The position numbers and the translations under genes were made by a program. A DNA stretch of 63,953 nucleotides, counting the filler, from Octopus bimaculoides (taxonomy: Eukaryota): NCBI RefSeq assembly GCF_001194135.2. It is 6 parts of 6 records of this genome, joined end to end, with 100 filler letters (N's around TTAATTAATTAA, not from the genome) between each part and the next. Parts side by side here need not be neighbours in the genome. Positions count along the whole stretch, not along the records: positions 8,524 to 19,534 come from NC_068999.1; positions 19,635 to 23,527 come from NW_026343146.1; positions 23,628 to 37,507 come from NC_068981.1; 3 more parts are not named here. One strand, 5' to 3'. The number at the start of each line of letters is the position of its first letter. Within the stretch, counting starts at the first letter, position 1. Below are positions 11,630 to 23,669 of this stretch, piece by piece. The notes under the pieces were generated by a model. The model saw nothing but the letters and a program-made list of their open reading frames with translations, did no database searches and was not told the DNA's origin.

Positions 11630-13330
11630 AATTTCTGTACCAAGAATGCAATCTTTATAGGAAAGATGCTTTGCTCATTATATGAAATTCTAGTAATGTA
11701 AGCTATGAAAAAACTAAGAAAAAGAATGAGAAACTTTAATAATTAACAACTGTAAAGTAGTTAACTTCCTCCATGCTACTTTAGATCTTAGTACAGTTCT
11801 TTTCAAGTATTTCTATAAACCAATCAGCATCTAAATTGTTAATCAACTTTCAAATTACCCAAGACCAGTCATATATTCCTTAGTAAATGCTCTCTGAAAA
11901 TCAGGATATCCTCAACCAAGACGCTATAATGAGGCTCTAGTTAAGGCCAGGTATAAAGTAAAAATAACCTATCTCCTGAATGGCAATTATTTTCCTTCCA
12001 CTGCTAATCATGTGAGACCATCTAATGGATACCCTTTGACTAATATGAATTCTAGTACTTATAACATTAATAATACTGTTGGAAATAGTAAAAATTTAGA
12101 CACTTGAAACAAATAAAATCACATTCCAACTGTTGGAAACATTAAGGATAGCAGTGATAATACTATTGTTAACTCTAGTGGCACTAAATTTCAACAACTA
12201 AATAATATTAGGCATCATAACAAAAATAATGATGACAAATATATACTGTCAGACTATAATAATTTTAATGATATTAATAAGGGCTTCCCTTGAGATATGC
12301 TCAATATAACTGTATAAGATCTCTAATGTAAATCATAAGATTTTGCACAATAGGCATAAACAAAATAAAAATAACTATGAATTGGGAAATAAAACTTATT
12401 ACGGTAGAAAAAAATTACTCAAAATAATATTAATAAACCAGTAATTGTAGCCAAACAAGATAATTTGAAAAAAGATAAAAGTCATTACCATAGTAATGCA
12501 GGATGTACAAATAATAACCAAATTGCTTTAGATCCTACTACAGCTAATAAGTTTAGAAATAAAAATAGATTAAGTAGGTGTATTTTGTGGTTCAACTCCA
12601 ACTTTAGTTGAAATATTGCTTCAGCATGGCTGGTAAATTTTTCTAAGCTTTAGACAAACAGTTCCCTATATCCAGCCCATATATAAAATTTTTAATAGAC
12701 ACACAGTTAAACTGACTTCCTCTACCATGCAAAATATTGGTAAATTAAATCATACAACTTGTAACACTATAACTACCAACCACTCATGTAATAGATCTTA
12801 GCCGTCCCAATAAATGCATAACTATAATACAATTGATTAACATATTGATGCACCTCATTCTAATAATAGAACTACTAATGATAGTCGAACTAGACCCTTT
12901 ATACCTACCATTAAATCAAACTAACCTTGCTTTATGTAAGTGTCATAATAAATCATTGTGTCCAATCAATACCCAATGCCTTAAGAGAAATAGTAAGTGC
13001 TCTATTACTGCACTTGATAAAGAACATATTTATATTAGTGTTCTCTTCTTCATTCAAACTTTGTTGGAATAATCACAAATCTACATTTAGACATAAAAAT
13101 GAGGTTAGTAGTACTCCTTTAGCTAATTTGTACAATGTAACTGTTAATAATATTGAATATAAAATTGCTTGATCCTTCTTCTGTAATGCACAGCCATATA
13201 AAGGTGGTGGTGGTTGCTATGGGCTGTGTATATTGAGGCATTCCATATTAATAGAATTAATTTGAATATTATTAATCAGCATAATAAAATGATAATAAGA
13301 TGCCAGCATCTTAAAACTAAATCATTCCTA
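11630..13330 (+). mobile_element. Penelope-like retroelement relic (RT C-terminal part plus GIY-YIG endonuclease)
   Basis: Frameshifted motifs: KVVNFLHATLDLST, RCILWFNSNFS, DKQFP..FFNRHTVKL, CKCHNKSLCPINTQCL, NHKSTFRHKNEVSSTPLA, QPYKGGGGCYGLC. All follow the PLE RT-linker-GIY-YIG order. Confidence 0.8.
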
Positions 13331-13984
13331 TATACTATGTATACCTAAACTTAAATTTCCTGATCAGTCCTACACCAATAAATTCTATGACTGAGCAATG
13401 CGAATGACTAAATTCCTATTTAACAAGGACCATAACCCATTCTCCCTCTTTGCAATATATAGCACATTTGATCATATTGTCATTCCAGTGTCATGTAAAA
13501 TTATTTAATAACTTATGGCTATTTAGCATTCCAGTCTCTCATACCCATACCTGTTAACATCCTAAACTGTTCTATTTAAGTATTACTGAAGTTGTTACTA
13601 TTTTATGACTGCTCTGTTTCTAACATTTTGGACTCTGAATTTCCTTACCTTCATTCTTGATTTAATTTTAGACGTTAATTTTTATTACATATGATTTATT
13701 TAAATTTTACTTTCAATAAACCCATTGGCAGATTCACCTAATAAGAATGTTTACTCTTTATCCTTAGTCACTGGCTACATATATTCTTGCATACATTTGT
13801 GTAGGTGCTTATATATGTGTATATGTACATGTGTATGCATGTATATATATCCACATGCATTAGTGCGTAGACATACTGGTATGTTTGTGTGTGCATGTGT
13901 GTGTGTATATATAAATAGGTATACATTTGTGTATGTGTGTGTGTATGGATTTGTATGTGTGTGTATAAGGGGTGAAGGAGTCCA

Positions 13985-14300
13985 CTGATGCATGACAGTG
14001 AAGAGCAAAATAGAAATATTGATAATAGTCAAAGGAAGAATGAGTGAGAGACAACATGTATCTGGGTAGGAGACCAGAAGTAAGCATTGTGCAAGGGAAG
14101 AGCGAGAGATGTATGCTAGTGGAGTAGGAAGGATAATTTTGTGGCTCAGGAGGGTGATCAATGTAAAATGTGGGTGGAGAGGACAGCATAAAGATGAAGG
14201 AGGAATATCTAGTGAAACGGTTCTGGGCAGTGAGAAAGATTAATGATATCAAAGAAAAGTTGCAATAAGAGTGACTTGAGGAGGAAATTAGACAAGGGTT
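13985..14300 (-). mobile_element. CR1-clade LINE 3' relic
   Basis: Degenerate post-RT segment resembling the CR1 C-terminus (LEPLS..SL..F..Y..PP). Purine-rich on the + strand. Confidence 0.4.
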
Positions 14301-14314
14301 CCAGTTGTGCATAT

Positions 14315-14925
14315 ATATATTCATGACAGTGAGGAACTAACAAAATGCAACATATCAGGTATTGAAGCCATCCTCATTAAAATACAGCTATCTCTCACGT
14401 AAGAGTGGTATCAGAATTCCAAAGAAACTTCTCTTAGGTCAATTCCCAGCAGGAAGGTCAGTTGGAAAGGCCACTCTTGCACTTCAAAGACAAACTAAAA
14501 GACAATCTGAAGCAATGCAACATTCTCTTTTCTTCCTGGGAAAACAAAGCATCAGAATGCAGGACTTGGCACCAGTCCTGCTTCTCTTCAGTTCAAAGAT
14601 TTGAGCAAAGTTGACTGCAACATCAGGACCAACTTCATGCAAGCAAGAAGGTACGCTGGCAAAACACTGCTCCTCTAAATGGAAACCATACCTGTCATTG
14701 TACTTTTGTAACACGGAGTAAGATAAGCCTTGTTGTCCACTCAAGAAAACACATAGTGAATGATCTACAACCACTCAAACAAACTGAGTCGTCAACTTGT
14801 TCCATTTACCGAAAGGTTTGCAAAGCACTAGCAGGTCTCAAGAGACACATTCATGTCCATAGAACATGATTAACACTTTATTTTATTGAACCATCATTTG
14901 TCATTCATGACAAGAGAATCCATCA
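14315..14925 (+). mobile_element. RTE/BovB-like LINE 3' end with C-terminal C2H2-type motif
   Basis: EELTKCNISGIEAILIK..IRIPKKLLLGQ..GRPLLHFKDKLKDNLKQCNI..WENKA..RTWH..CKALAGLKRHIH, followed by a short hairpin tail. Confidence 0.75.
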
Positions 14926-14974
14926 TATAAATAAATATATATATAGATATACATACACACACAATGCTTCCAGA

Positions 14975-15470
14975 ATTCAGTTTCATCAAGTTGGGTGGGT
15001 CTTTTAGGGAACCATATATTGCCTTGTTGTCTGATCACGATGTTCAAGGTCTTGAGGTCATCCTTCACTATTTCATCCTATGTTTTCCTGGGTCTTCCTC
15101 CTCAGCAAACTCCATCCACATTAAGTGAGCAACACGTTATGCAGCTGTCCTATTCCATATGCAAAACAAGTCCATACCAGTGCATTCTTTTATCTTGTAC
15201 ATTACATCTGATTCGTCTTTGGCCTAGTTTTTCCATCAAAACAGTTGTACTTGAATGTATAATGTGAGTGTACATGAACAATTAACAGAGTACGCTAGAT
15301 TAATTTCTTTCCAGTCTTCTCAAGTTCTCTGCATTCAATGTTCTTGTTTCATTACAATGCAGTATTGCAGTTCCAACATCAAACAATCTGCCTTCTATTG
15401 GAGGAAGAAGATATTTATTGCCAATGTTAGCAGCTCTCTGAACTTTCTCCAACCGGTTTTTACCCTGGTT
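14975..15470 (-). mobile_element. RTE LINE 3' coding relic
   Basis: Minus strand reads LRRLERN..EKLGQRRIRCNVQDKRMHWYGLVLHM..GRPRKT*DEIVKDDLKTL, homologous to 48780-49000. Confidence 0.7.
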
Positions 15471-15888
15471 GCTATACTTTCAGAACCACCACCTTGCTTG
15501 CTAATTACATCTCCTAGCTATTAAAAGCTATAAACTAATTCTAGTGAGCCATCTGAGTATTTAAAAAAATTTACTTAATGTGTTAATATAAAGAATTGAA
15601 GTGTATTTGGTCCAACTGCAATATAGCTAAAGTGATTAGAAACAAATTAAAATGCTATTGGCAAGAACTTCCAAAAATATTTGTGCATATATGCACAATA
15701 AGCTTCCTGTTATGATTTTAAGGTAAATCTTTTGTTCCCTTTCTCTCTCTTTGTTCCTCTTCCATGAAGTCCTAATTACCTCCAGATTTTACTTGATTAT
15801 TAATTCACAGAATCAACTTCAACACTTATTTGGTTCCTCTTCAATTCTAATATTATCATATAGCAAAATCTCCATACTGTATGCATTA

Positions 15889-17143
15889 TATGTGGTATCA
15901 AAAAGTTCCCAGACTAGTTATGTTTAATAAAAATTAACTTATTTACCTAAGTTTTAATATAACCTCCTTCAAGAAAGTCACCTTGCACGGCAATACACTA
16001 GTCCCAGTGTTCCTGCCACTTTGGGAATCTGGCCTGGATGTTGTTTTCCGTAAGCAAGTAAAGGACCTTCTGTGATTTGCTCTGGATCTCAACAATAGTG
16101 TTAAAATGGTGACCTTTGAGCTGCATTTTCATCTTGGAGAGGAGATGTAAGTCCACAGGTGCTATATCTAGTGAATGGGGCAGATACTGAAGCGATATCA
16201 TTTTTTGACGAGAAACTACAAGTGAGGAGAGCTCAGTGAAGAACTCAATTCTTTGCGCACCACAGATCCAGTTGCTTTCACCAAATGTCCTCCCTTAAAC
16301 ACTTCCAAATGTCACAGTAGAACACTTGATTGACAGTCTGGTCCTGGGGGATGAATTCTTGATGCACAATACCACATTTCCAAGGGTGACACTCATGGCA
16401 GATCTTCCAGATTGCTAATCATCTTCCAGGAATGTTTGTCTGCTTTTGAAGTGCCCATGCCACTCAAAACATTGCATTTGACCCGATGCTTGTTGCCATA
16501 AACTTGTTGAGGCACGCTCAATATCTTTGTAGCAAACTTTCCAAGTTTAATGCAAAATTTCATGTTGGAAGTCTGCAGGTAGTAAATCTGGTGAATGGGG
16601 TGGATGCAGAAGCAATACCATGTTGGTTTTGGTGAGAAACTCAAGAGTGAGGAGAGCTTGGTGACAAGCTGCATTATCGTCATGAAGGATCCAATTCTTC
16701 ACGTTCCACAGATCTGGTTACTTTTGCTGAATGTCCTCCCTCAAACACTTCAAAACATCACTGATTGTCTTCTGACGGTCTGCATGCACAAACATTTCCA
16801 GAGGTGACGCTTGTGGACGGTCTTCCACTTTTGAGGCACCCATGCCACTTGAAACATTGTGTACAACTCATTGCCTCATTGATATAAGCTTACTGAAGCA
16901 TATTCAATGTCTTTGTAACAGATTTCTCAAGTTTAACACAAAATTTCACATTGGCTCATTGTTCCATGACAAAAATCACTAACTACAGCCATAAATTTCA
17001 CAACTTGCAAAGTAAACACGGCAATGTCACTCAGCACACTGCCTCATGAAGTTCACTGCTAGTTCTGACTGCGCAAGCAACTATGTGCTACCATCTGTTG
17101 GTGCACTACAAAACTAGTCCAGGAACTTTTTCATACCACCTCG
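15889..17143 (-). mobile_element. Mariner (DD34D-type) relic with both TIRs and an internal duplication
   Basis: About 30-bp TIRs (left TGTGGTATCAAAAAGTTCCCAGACTAGTT; right AACTAGTCCAGGAACTTTTTCATACCACCTCG|TA). Peptides KFCIKLGK (N-terminus) and PHSLDIAPVDLHLLSKMKMQLKG..W..CIAVQGDFLEG (C-terminus). Confidence 0.88.
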
Positions 17144-17177
17144 TATATATAATAGATGCTATGAATTTTCTTAACAA

Positions 17178-17660
17178 TCATCATCATCATTTAGCATCCA
17201 TTTTCCATGCTACCATGGGTAACACTGAGGCTGGTAAGCCAGAGAGCCACACCAGGCTCCAGTCTGTTTTAGCGTGGTTTCTACAGTTGGATGCGCTTTC
17301 TAAAACCAACCATTCCACAGTGTACTGGGTGTCTTTTACATGTCACTGGCATTAGCCATGACTATGATTTCTCTTAGCTTGACATGTCTTCTTAAGCACA
17401 GCAAAACGCCAAAAATTCTGGTCACTTGTCATTGCTTCTTTGAGACTCAACATCAGTAGATCATATCTTACCACCTTGTTCCATGTCTTCCTGGGTCTAC
17501 CTCTTCCACAGGTTCCCTTCACAGTTAGCAATCAGCACTTCTTTACACAGCAGTCCCAGTCCATATGCATCACATGACCATACCAGTACAGTCTTCTCTC
17601 TTGCACACTACATTTAATGCCTCTTATATTCAATTTTTCTCTCAAGATACACACTGTCAT
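17178..17660 (-). mobile_element. RTE LINE 3' end with 3' UTR and (GAT)n tail
   Basis: RLYWYGHVMHMD..GTCGRGRPRKTW followed by the same UTR and tail as 49100-49265. Confidence 0.8.
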
Positions 17661-18449
17661 ATGTTGATAATGAACTGGGATATTAACATTGGGAAATATA
17701 AAATTTTGAATCTATTAGTAAAAAAAGTTGACTGAATCCAAATTGCTTTTTACATAGTAAGTATATTTGCTTTTACTGAAATCAAATGCATCAGTTATTG
17801 AAATAATAAAATGAAGGAAGTTACATTCCCATTACGAAAATAAAGTGAATAGCATGTGAATTCAAGGTCAGGTGTGATGGAGAATATTTGGGGGTTCTTG
17901 GTAGAAACAATCATATCCCCAACATTTTTCTGTCTATTAAGGTTATGTCTAATGCTTGTCAAATACAGAGATAACTTAAAAACAATAGAATATTCTAATT
18001 ACACCTTCACCATCAGCATGGCCGCAGCTCTAAGCTGAAACTATAAACAAACAAACATTAAAAATTCTCTATTGCAGTTGAATTTATCCAAAGTTTTGAT
18101 GTTCTATTTATATATAAACTATTTCACAAATTTCTTTTTCCTATTTAAAAGACATTACCTTTGATTAAAATGACAGTATTCATGGTAACATATCTAAAAA
18201 TTACCCTTTTTAAATTCCTCATACTAATACAGGTTTTTGTATACAGTCAGCAAACACATGAAGACAAAGGAAAATACAAATTCATTCAAAAATGTACACA
18301 GATACAGATACATACACATTTATGTATATTAAATACATAACTATGGTTTTATGCCACTCAAACAGCTGTTGAGCACAAATTATGAATTATGTGTGAAATT
18401 TGTTTCTTCTTTTTATTCTAAATATGTATGAGTATCTTATCATTTTTAG

Positions 18450-18728
18450 TTTTAGTTATTGGACTGTAGCTATGCTGGGACATCGCTTTGAATAGTTTAA
18501 TCAAACAAATCACCTTCCTATTAGTCTGTTAAGGGAACATAAACAAACCAACACAGATTGTCAAGCAGTGGGAAGACAAACAACGCACATATGATGAGCT
18601 TCCACAGAGCTTCCATCAACCAAATTTACTCACAAAGTATTGGTCACCTTGAGACTATAGAAGACACTTGCCCAAGATACTGCATAGTGGAACTTAACCA
18701 AAAGTATGTTTGCAAAGCACACAGCCAT
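18450..18728 (-). mobile_element. SINE family A, old copy
   Basis: Degenerate reverse-complement match. Confidence 0.65.
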
Positions 18729-18886
18729 ACTTGTACCTGTATATGCTTCATAATCGCTGGTACCATGCACACCAGGCTCGTACAGCTGCTGAAGATGTGC
18801 AATAATCAGTGAATTATTGCATGTAATATTGTCTATTCCCAATGATACTGAGGTTCACCTCTTTTGACATTTCACATGGTCTGTTG

Positions 18887-18925
<39 letters not shown>

Positions 18926-19171
18926 AACACACACTATAGTCTTCTTTGGTTTGACCCATGATTGTGGCACAGAATACCAGCCAACAATGTTCAAACAGTG
19001 GGACCAAACTTCTAACCATGTGGTTTTGAAGTGAACTTCTTAACCACATAGCCATGCTGTGCCAATAATTTTTATTTTTAATTAGTTACTCTAGAAATTT
19101 TTACTACTGGAATTTAAAAAGCCTTGTTTTCACCAAGGCTGTTACTAATATAAAAGTAACTAATCATCATC

Positions 19172-19533
19172 ATCATCGTCGTTTAATGTCCGCTTTCCAT
19201 GCTAGCATGGCTTGGACAATCTGACTGAGGACTGGCAAGCCAGCATGCTGCACCAGGCTCCAATCTGATCTGGCAGAGTTTCTACAGCTGGATACCCTTC
19301 CTAATGCCAACCACTCCGAGAGTGTAGTGGGTGTTTTTACGTGCCACCGGCACGAGGGCCAGTCAATCGGTACTGGCAACGGTCATGCTCAAAAAGGTGT
19401 TTTTTACGTGCCACCTGCACGGGAGCCAGTCCAGCAGCACTGGCAACGACCTTGCTCGAATGATTTTCTAACGTGCCACCAGCACAAGTGCTAGAAGGCA
19501 ATGCTGGTAACAATTCCACTCAAATGGTGCTAT
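19172..19533 (-). mobile_element. RTE 3' UTR/tail copy with internal tandem subrepeats
   Basis: The + strand starts (CAT)n CGTCGTTTAATGTCCGCTTTCCATGCTAGCATGG and is near-identical to 28502-28700 and to the reverse complement of 50380-50550. Confidence 0.8.
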
Positions 19534-19634
19534 TNNNNNNNNNNNNNNNNNNNNNNNNNNNNNNNNNNNNNNNNNNNNTTAATTAATTAANNNNNNNNNN
19601 NNNNNNNNNNNNNNNNNNNNNNNNNNNNNNNNNN

Positions 19635-19923
19635 AAGAAGAAGAAGGCAAAGAAAAAGAAAAAAAAGAAGAATGACAATGGCAGCAATATAGTAAAAGAT
19701 GATGCCAGGAGTAAGAAAGATACCGATGTCAGAAATGAGATTGATAAGGACAGTGACAAAGATACAGCAAAGAACAGCAGTGGAAATGTGAATTGCAAAG
19801 GAGAAGCTGGTGGTGTAGACAGTGGGAAGGATGCTAGCAAGAAGGGGAACAGCAAAGCTGATACTAAGACTGAAACAGAAAACAATGGAAACCGGGATGC
19901 AGGAACAAGTGTAAAAGACAATG
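19635..19923 (+). CDS. Partial Lys/Asp-rich low-complexity coding exon, probably upstream in the MYND gene (5' end lost in gap)
   Basis: Open frame from the gap edge: KKKKAKKKKKKKNDNGSNIVKDDARSKKDTDVRNEID...GTSVKDN. Ends AATG|GTTGGT in phase 1, which joins the MYND exon in frame (N-V-G-I-C). Confidence 0.55.
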
Positions 19924-19984
19924 GTTGGTGTCTTTTTAGAATTCTTTTCAATAAGTATTTTAATGTTTTTTATTAAAAAAAATA

Positions 19985-20800
19985 GGCATAGCTGTGTGGT
20001 TAAGAACCTGTGATTTCAGGTTCAATCTCACTATGCAACATTAAATGCCAAAGTTCCAGGCCAACCAATTCCTTGTGAGTGAATCTGGTAGATGGAAACT
20101 GGAAATCTGTTGTGTATATTTATGTTTGTGTATCTTTGTGCCTGTGTTTGTCCCCTCCACTGCTTAACAGTTGGTGTTGGTTTGTTTCATGTCCTAGTAA
20201 CTTAGTGGTTTGGCAAAAGAGATCAATAGAATAATAGACTTAAAATATACATACTGGGGTTGATCTATTTGACAAAAACTTTTCAAGGCAGTGCCCCAGC
20301 ATGGCCACAGTCTAAGGATTGAGACAAGTAACAGATAAAATATAATTGAAGGTTTGCTAGTAAATGTTATTCTATGTTCATGGTTTTGGCATGGCCTAAT
20401 AAGCTTTGAGTGACTGTGTGGTAAGTAGCTTGCTTACCAGCCACATGGTTCCAGGTTCATTCCCACTGTGTGGCACCTTGGGCAAGTGTCTTCTACTATA
20501 GCCTCGGGCCGACCAAAGCCTTGTGAGTGGATTTGGTAGACGGAAACTGAAAGCCTGTCGTATGTATGTATATATATATATGTATGTGTGTGTCTATGTT
20601 TGTGTGTCTGTGTTTGTTCCCCCCAGCATCGCTTGACAACCGATGGTGGTGTGTTTATGTCCCCGTAACCTAGCGGTTTGGCAAAAGAGACCGATAGAAT
20701 AAGTACTAGGATTACAAAGAATAAGTCCTGGGGTCGATTTGCTCGACTAAAAGGCGGTGCCCCAGCATGGCTGCAGTCAAATGACTGAAATAAGTAAAAG
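19985..20800 (+). mobile_element. Two tandem SINE family A copies (19985-20340 old, 20408-20800 young)
   Basis: Both show head, internal microsatellite and tail; the second is close to the 33420 copy. Confidence 0.85.
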
Positions 20801-21035
20801 TGTAGTGGTTGGTTTTTCACTTGGATTTGCCATTTATTATGTTCAGTTCATTTCTACTTCATTGAGATAAATTTGCCTGCTTTTACCCATCATGAGTTAC
20901 AAGTTTCCTGTGACATTACTTAAATCCTTTTGTTATCAAATTTTTATTGATATATAATGTCTTTGTTTCAGTTAATTTTGAAAAATTAACTGTAAAATAA
21001 CTTTGTCATTATTAAATTGGTATTTGGAACATGGT

Positions 21036-21155
21036 GGAGACGCAATGGCCCAGTGGTTAGGGCAGCGGACTGGCGGTCATAGGATCGTGGTTTCGATTCC
21101 CAGACCGGGCATTGTGAGTGTTTATTGAGCGAAAACACCTAAAGCTCCAAAAAGG
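21036..21155 (+). mobile_element. SINE head with clear Pol III A/B boxes (family C-related)
   Basis: GGAGACGCAATGGCCCAGTGGTTAGGG...GGTTTCGATTCCC. No complete tRNA cloverleaf. Related minus-strand copies at about 4385, 6075 and 21590. Confidence 0.75.
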
Positions 21156-22824
21156 CTCCGGCACTATAATGCACTATTTGGGGACCAGTATGCCAAAGAA
21201 TAGACCCACCATTTCCTCTGTCATAAAAGGCAACTAAAATAGGTTGAGGTAGGATTTGCACTCTGACCTCATAAACCCTTTTGTGGCAAAGACTACTCAC
21301 ACAGACCCATGGCTTGGAGGGTTGTTGCCCAAGCAGTGTAAAGGTGTCGTCTACCAGAAGTGGTAGGGAATCACCAACAAATGGTGGATGCAGTAACATT
21401 CCCCTATTACAGTACATTCCCCCTTACTACTACTGCTGCTATAGAATATTTTTAGACAATTTCAATTATAAAGTCATAGCTTCTTCAACTTAAATTACTT
21501 TGTGTTACTGAATTTAATTACTACTTCTTTTAAAAGCTTGAAAATATATATATATGAGAGAGAGAGAGGTCTGTCTGTCTGTCTTAACCCCTAGAACTCA
21601 TGAAGCTGGAGCTAAACCTGGCTCCTGTGGCATATAATTCACTGAGATTACAAAAATCTGCCCCTACTCCCTGAATAGTGTGCCGGTTTGTCACAGGGTT
21701 AACTTCCCAGCTATTGCTGGTACTCATTTACACCTGAGTAGACTGAAGCAATGAGAAATAAAGTGTTTTGCTCAAGAACACATTGCAGTACTTGGTCCAA
21801 GAGTTAAAAACCACAATCTTACAATTACAAATGCAACAGTCTAATCACTGGGCAACACAGCTTCACTTGAGTGTTTATAATTACAGGGCTAATTGATTAG
21901 CAGAACATAGCACAAATGTCTGGTGGTAACTGTTGAATATCTTTGTGTTCTGACTTCAAATCCCAACTAGGTCAAAAGTATCTTTACTGTTGATAAAAGG
22001 TGGTAGGGTCCATCTGTTCTCTATCATTCTTTCTGAATCAGCTAGGTTGTGCTCATTTCTCCCAGAAGTAAAAGGTATGTGACTAAAGGCTAGCAGCCTT
22101 TTCTGATTTAGCATACCACAACACAAACCAGAGAATGTAGAGGGTGGGGAAACAAGGATAAACCAGGGATTATTCAGGTTTTCAAAGCACTTAGGTACAC
22201 TGAAAGTGCAAGACTCAATCCTAAACAGGACACCATTCTGTTGAAGGGTTGNNNNNNNNNNNNNNNNNNNNNNNNNNNNNNNNNNNNNNNNNNNNNNNNN
22301 NNNNNNNNNNNNNNNNNNNNNNNNNNNNNNNNNNNNNNNNNNNNNNNNNNNNNNNNNNNNNNNNNNNNNNNNNNNNNNNNNNNNNNNNNNNNNNNNNNNN
22401 NNNNNNNNNNNNNNNNNNNNNNNNNNNNNNNNNNNNNNNNNNNNNNNNNNNNNNNNNNNNNNNNNNNNNNNNNNNNNNNNNNNNNNNNNNNNNNNNNNNN
22501 NNNNNNNNNNNNNNNNNNNNNNNNNNNNNNNNNNNNNNNNNNNNNNNNNNNNNNNNNNNNNNNNNNNNNNNNNNNNNNNNNNNNNNNNNNNNNNNNNNNN
22601 NNNNNNNNNNNNNNNNNNNNNNNNNNNNNNNNNNNNNNNNNNNNNNNNNNNNNNNNNNNNNNNNNNNNNNNNNNNNNNNNNNNNNNNNNNNNNNNNNNNN
22701 NNNNNNNNNNNNNNNNNNNNNNNNNNNNNTCCTCACATGCATAAAAAGTACTCTGCTCACACACATAAACAAAGAGAGAACAGGTGAAACACCTGATGTC
22801 AAATAAGTCACTGTTGATTTACTG

Positions 22825-22831
22825 ATGCCAG
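22825..22831 (+). CDS. Alternative start-codon exon end (ATG CCA G|GT) for the MYND exon
   Basis: Strong donor CCAG|GTAGGC at 22832, phase 1, with an in-frame TAA upstream. A 157-nt intron leads to 22989, giving MPVGICDSC... Confidence 0.4.
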
Positions 22832-22988
22832 GTAGGCTGTGCGAAATATGTAGCTACACTTCATTTTCTATGTAAATATTTTGACTTTGTTTTCCTGTTT
22901 ATAAATCAACTTTTTTAGTTTTTTAAATACAATTTATATGTTGATATATTTCTTTTATTTACATGTATTTAATAATTTGATTATGAAG

Positions 22989-23156
22989 TTGGAATATGTG
23001 ACAGCTGTGGTAATTTTAATGCAGATTTAAAGAGATGTAGCCAATGCAAAAATGCAAAATATTGCTCAAAATCTTGTCAAAAATCTGCATGGCCTCTTCA
23101 CAAGAAATTATGTAAATCTTCTAGCAACGCAAATACTGAATCTTCAAGAATTATAG
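22989..23156 (+). CDS. Internal coding exon encoding a MYND-type zinc finger (host gene of unknown identity)
   Basis: AG at 22987-22988 after a T-rich tract; donor ATAG|GTAAGT at 23157. 168 nt, phase 1-1, open: (V)[55 protein letters not shown]. Matches the zf-MYND pattern CxxC..CxxC...YCSxxCQxxxWxxHKxxC. Confidence 0.88.
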
Positions 23157-23627
23157 GTAAGTTTTAAATAAATGTTGGTATAAGCATATTTACATATATA
23201 TATATATAAAACTCTGCTGTGTGGCTAGAAAGCTTGTTTTGCAACCACAGCTTCTCGGTTCAGTCCCACTGTGTGGCAGTTTGGGCAAATGTCTTCTAGT
23301 GCTTTAGACTTCCCATTTCCTTGTGAGTGAATTTGCTAAATGGAAACTGTTTGTAACAGAGTCCAGTATCTTTCTACTCCAATACTCGAGTTGATTTTCC
23401 TTTTCTTTCATTAACATAAAAGGTCATATTTATTTAAAATAATATTTTCTGATTAGGCATAAGACTAATATTTTGTAAAAAAATAAGTATACTTGAATAG
23501 ATTTAAGTACATACTGATATATATTTTNNNNNNNNNNNNNNNNNNNNNNNNNNNNNNNNNNNNNNNNNNNNTTAATTAATTAANNNNNNNNNNNNNNNNN
23601 NNNNNNNNNNNNNNNNNNNNNNNNNNN

Positions 23628-23664
<37 letters not shown>

Positions 23665-23669
<5 letters not shown>

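Noticed and set aside
21036-21110. Apparent tRNA gene (also about 43880-43945)
   Set aside because: A and B boxes are present, but there is no closed cloverleaf and the sequence continues into a SINE body.
22731-22806. KSTLLTHINKERTGETP resembling a C2H2 finger end and TGEKP linker
   Set aside because: Histidine spacing is wrong, a stop follows, and the upstream part lies in a gap.
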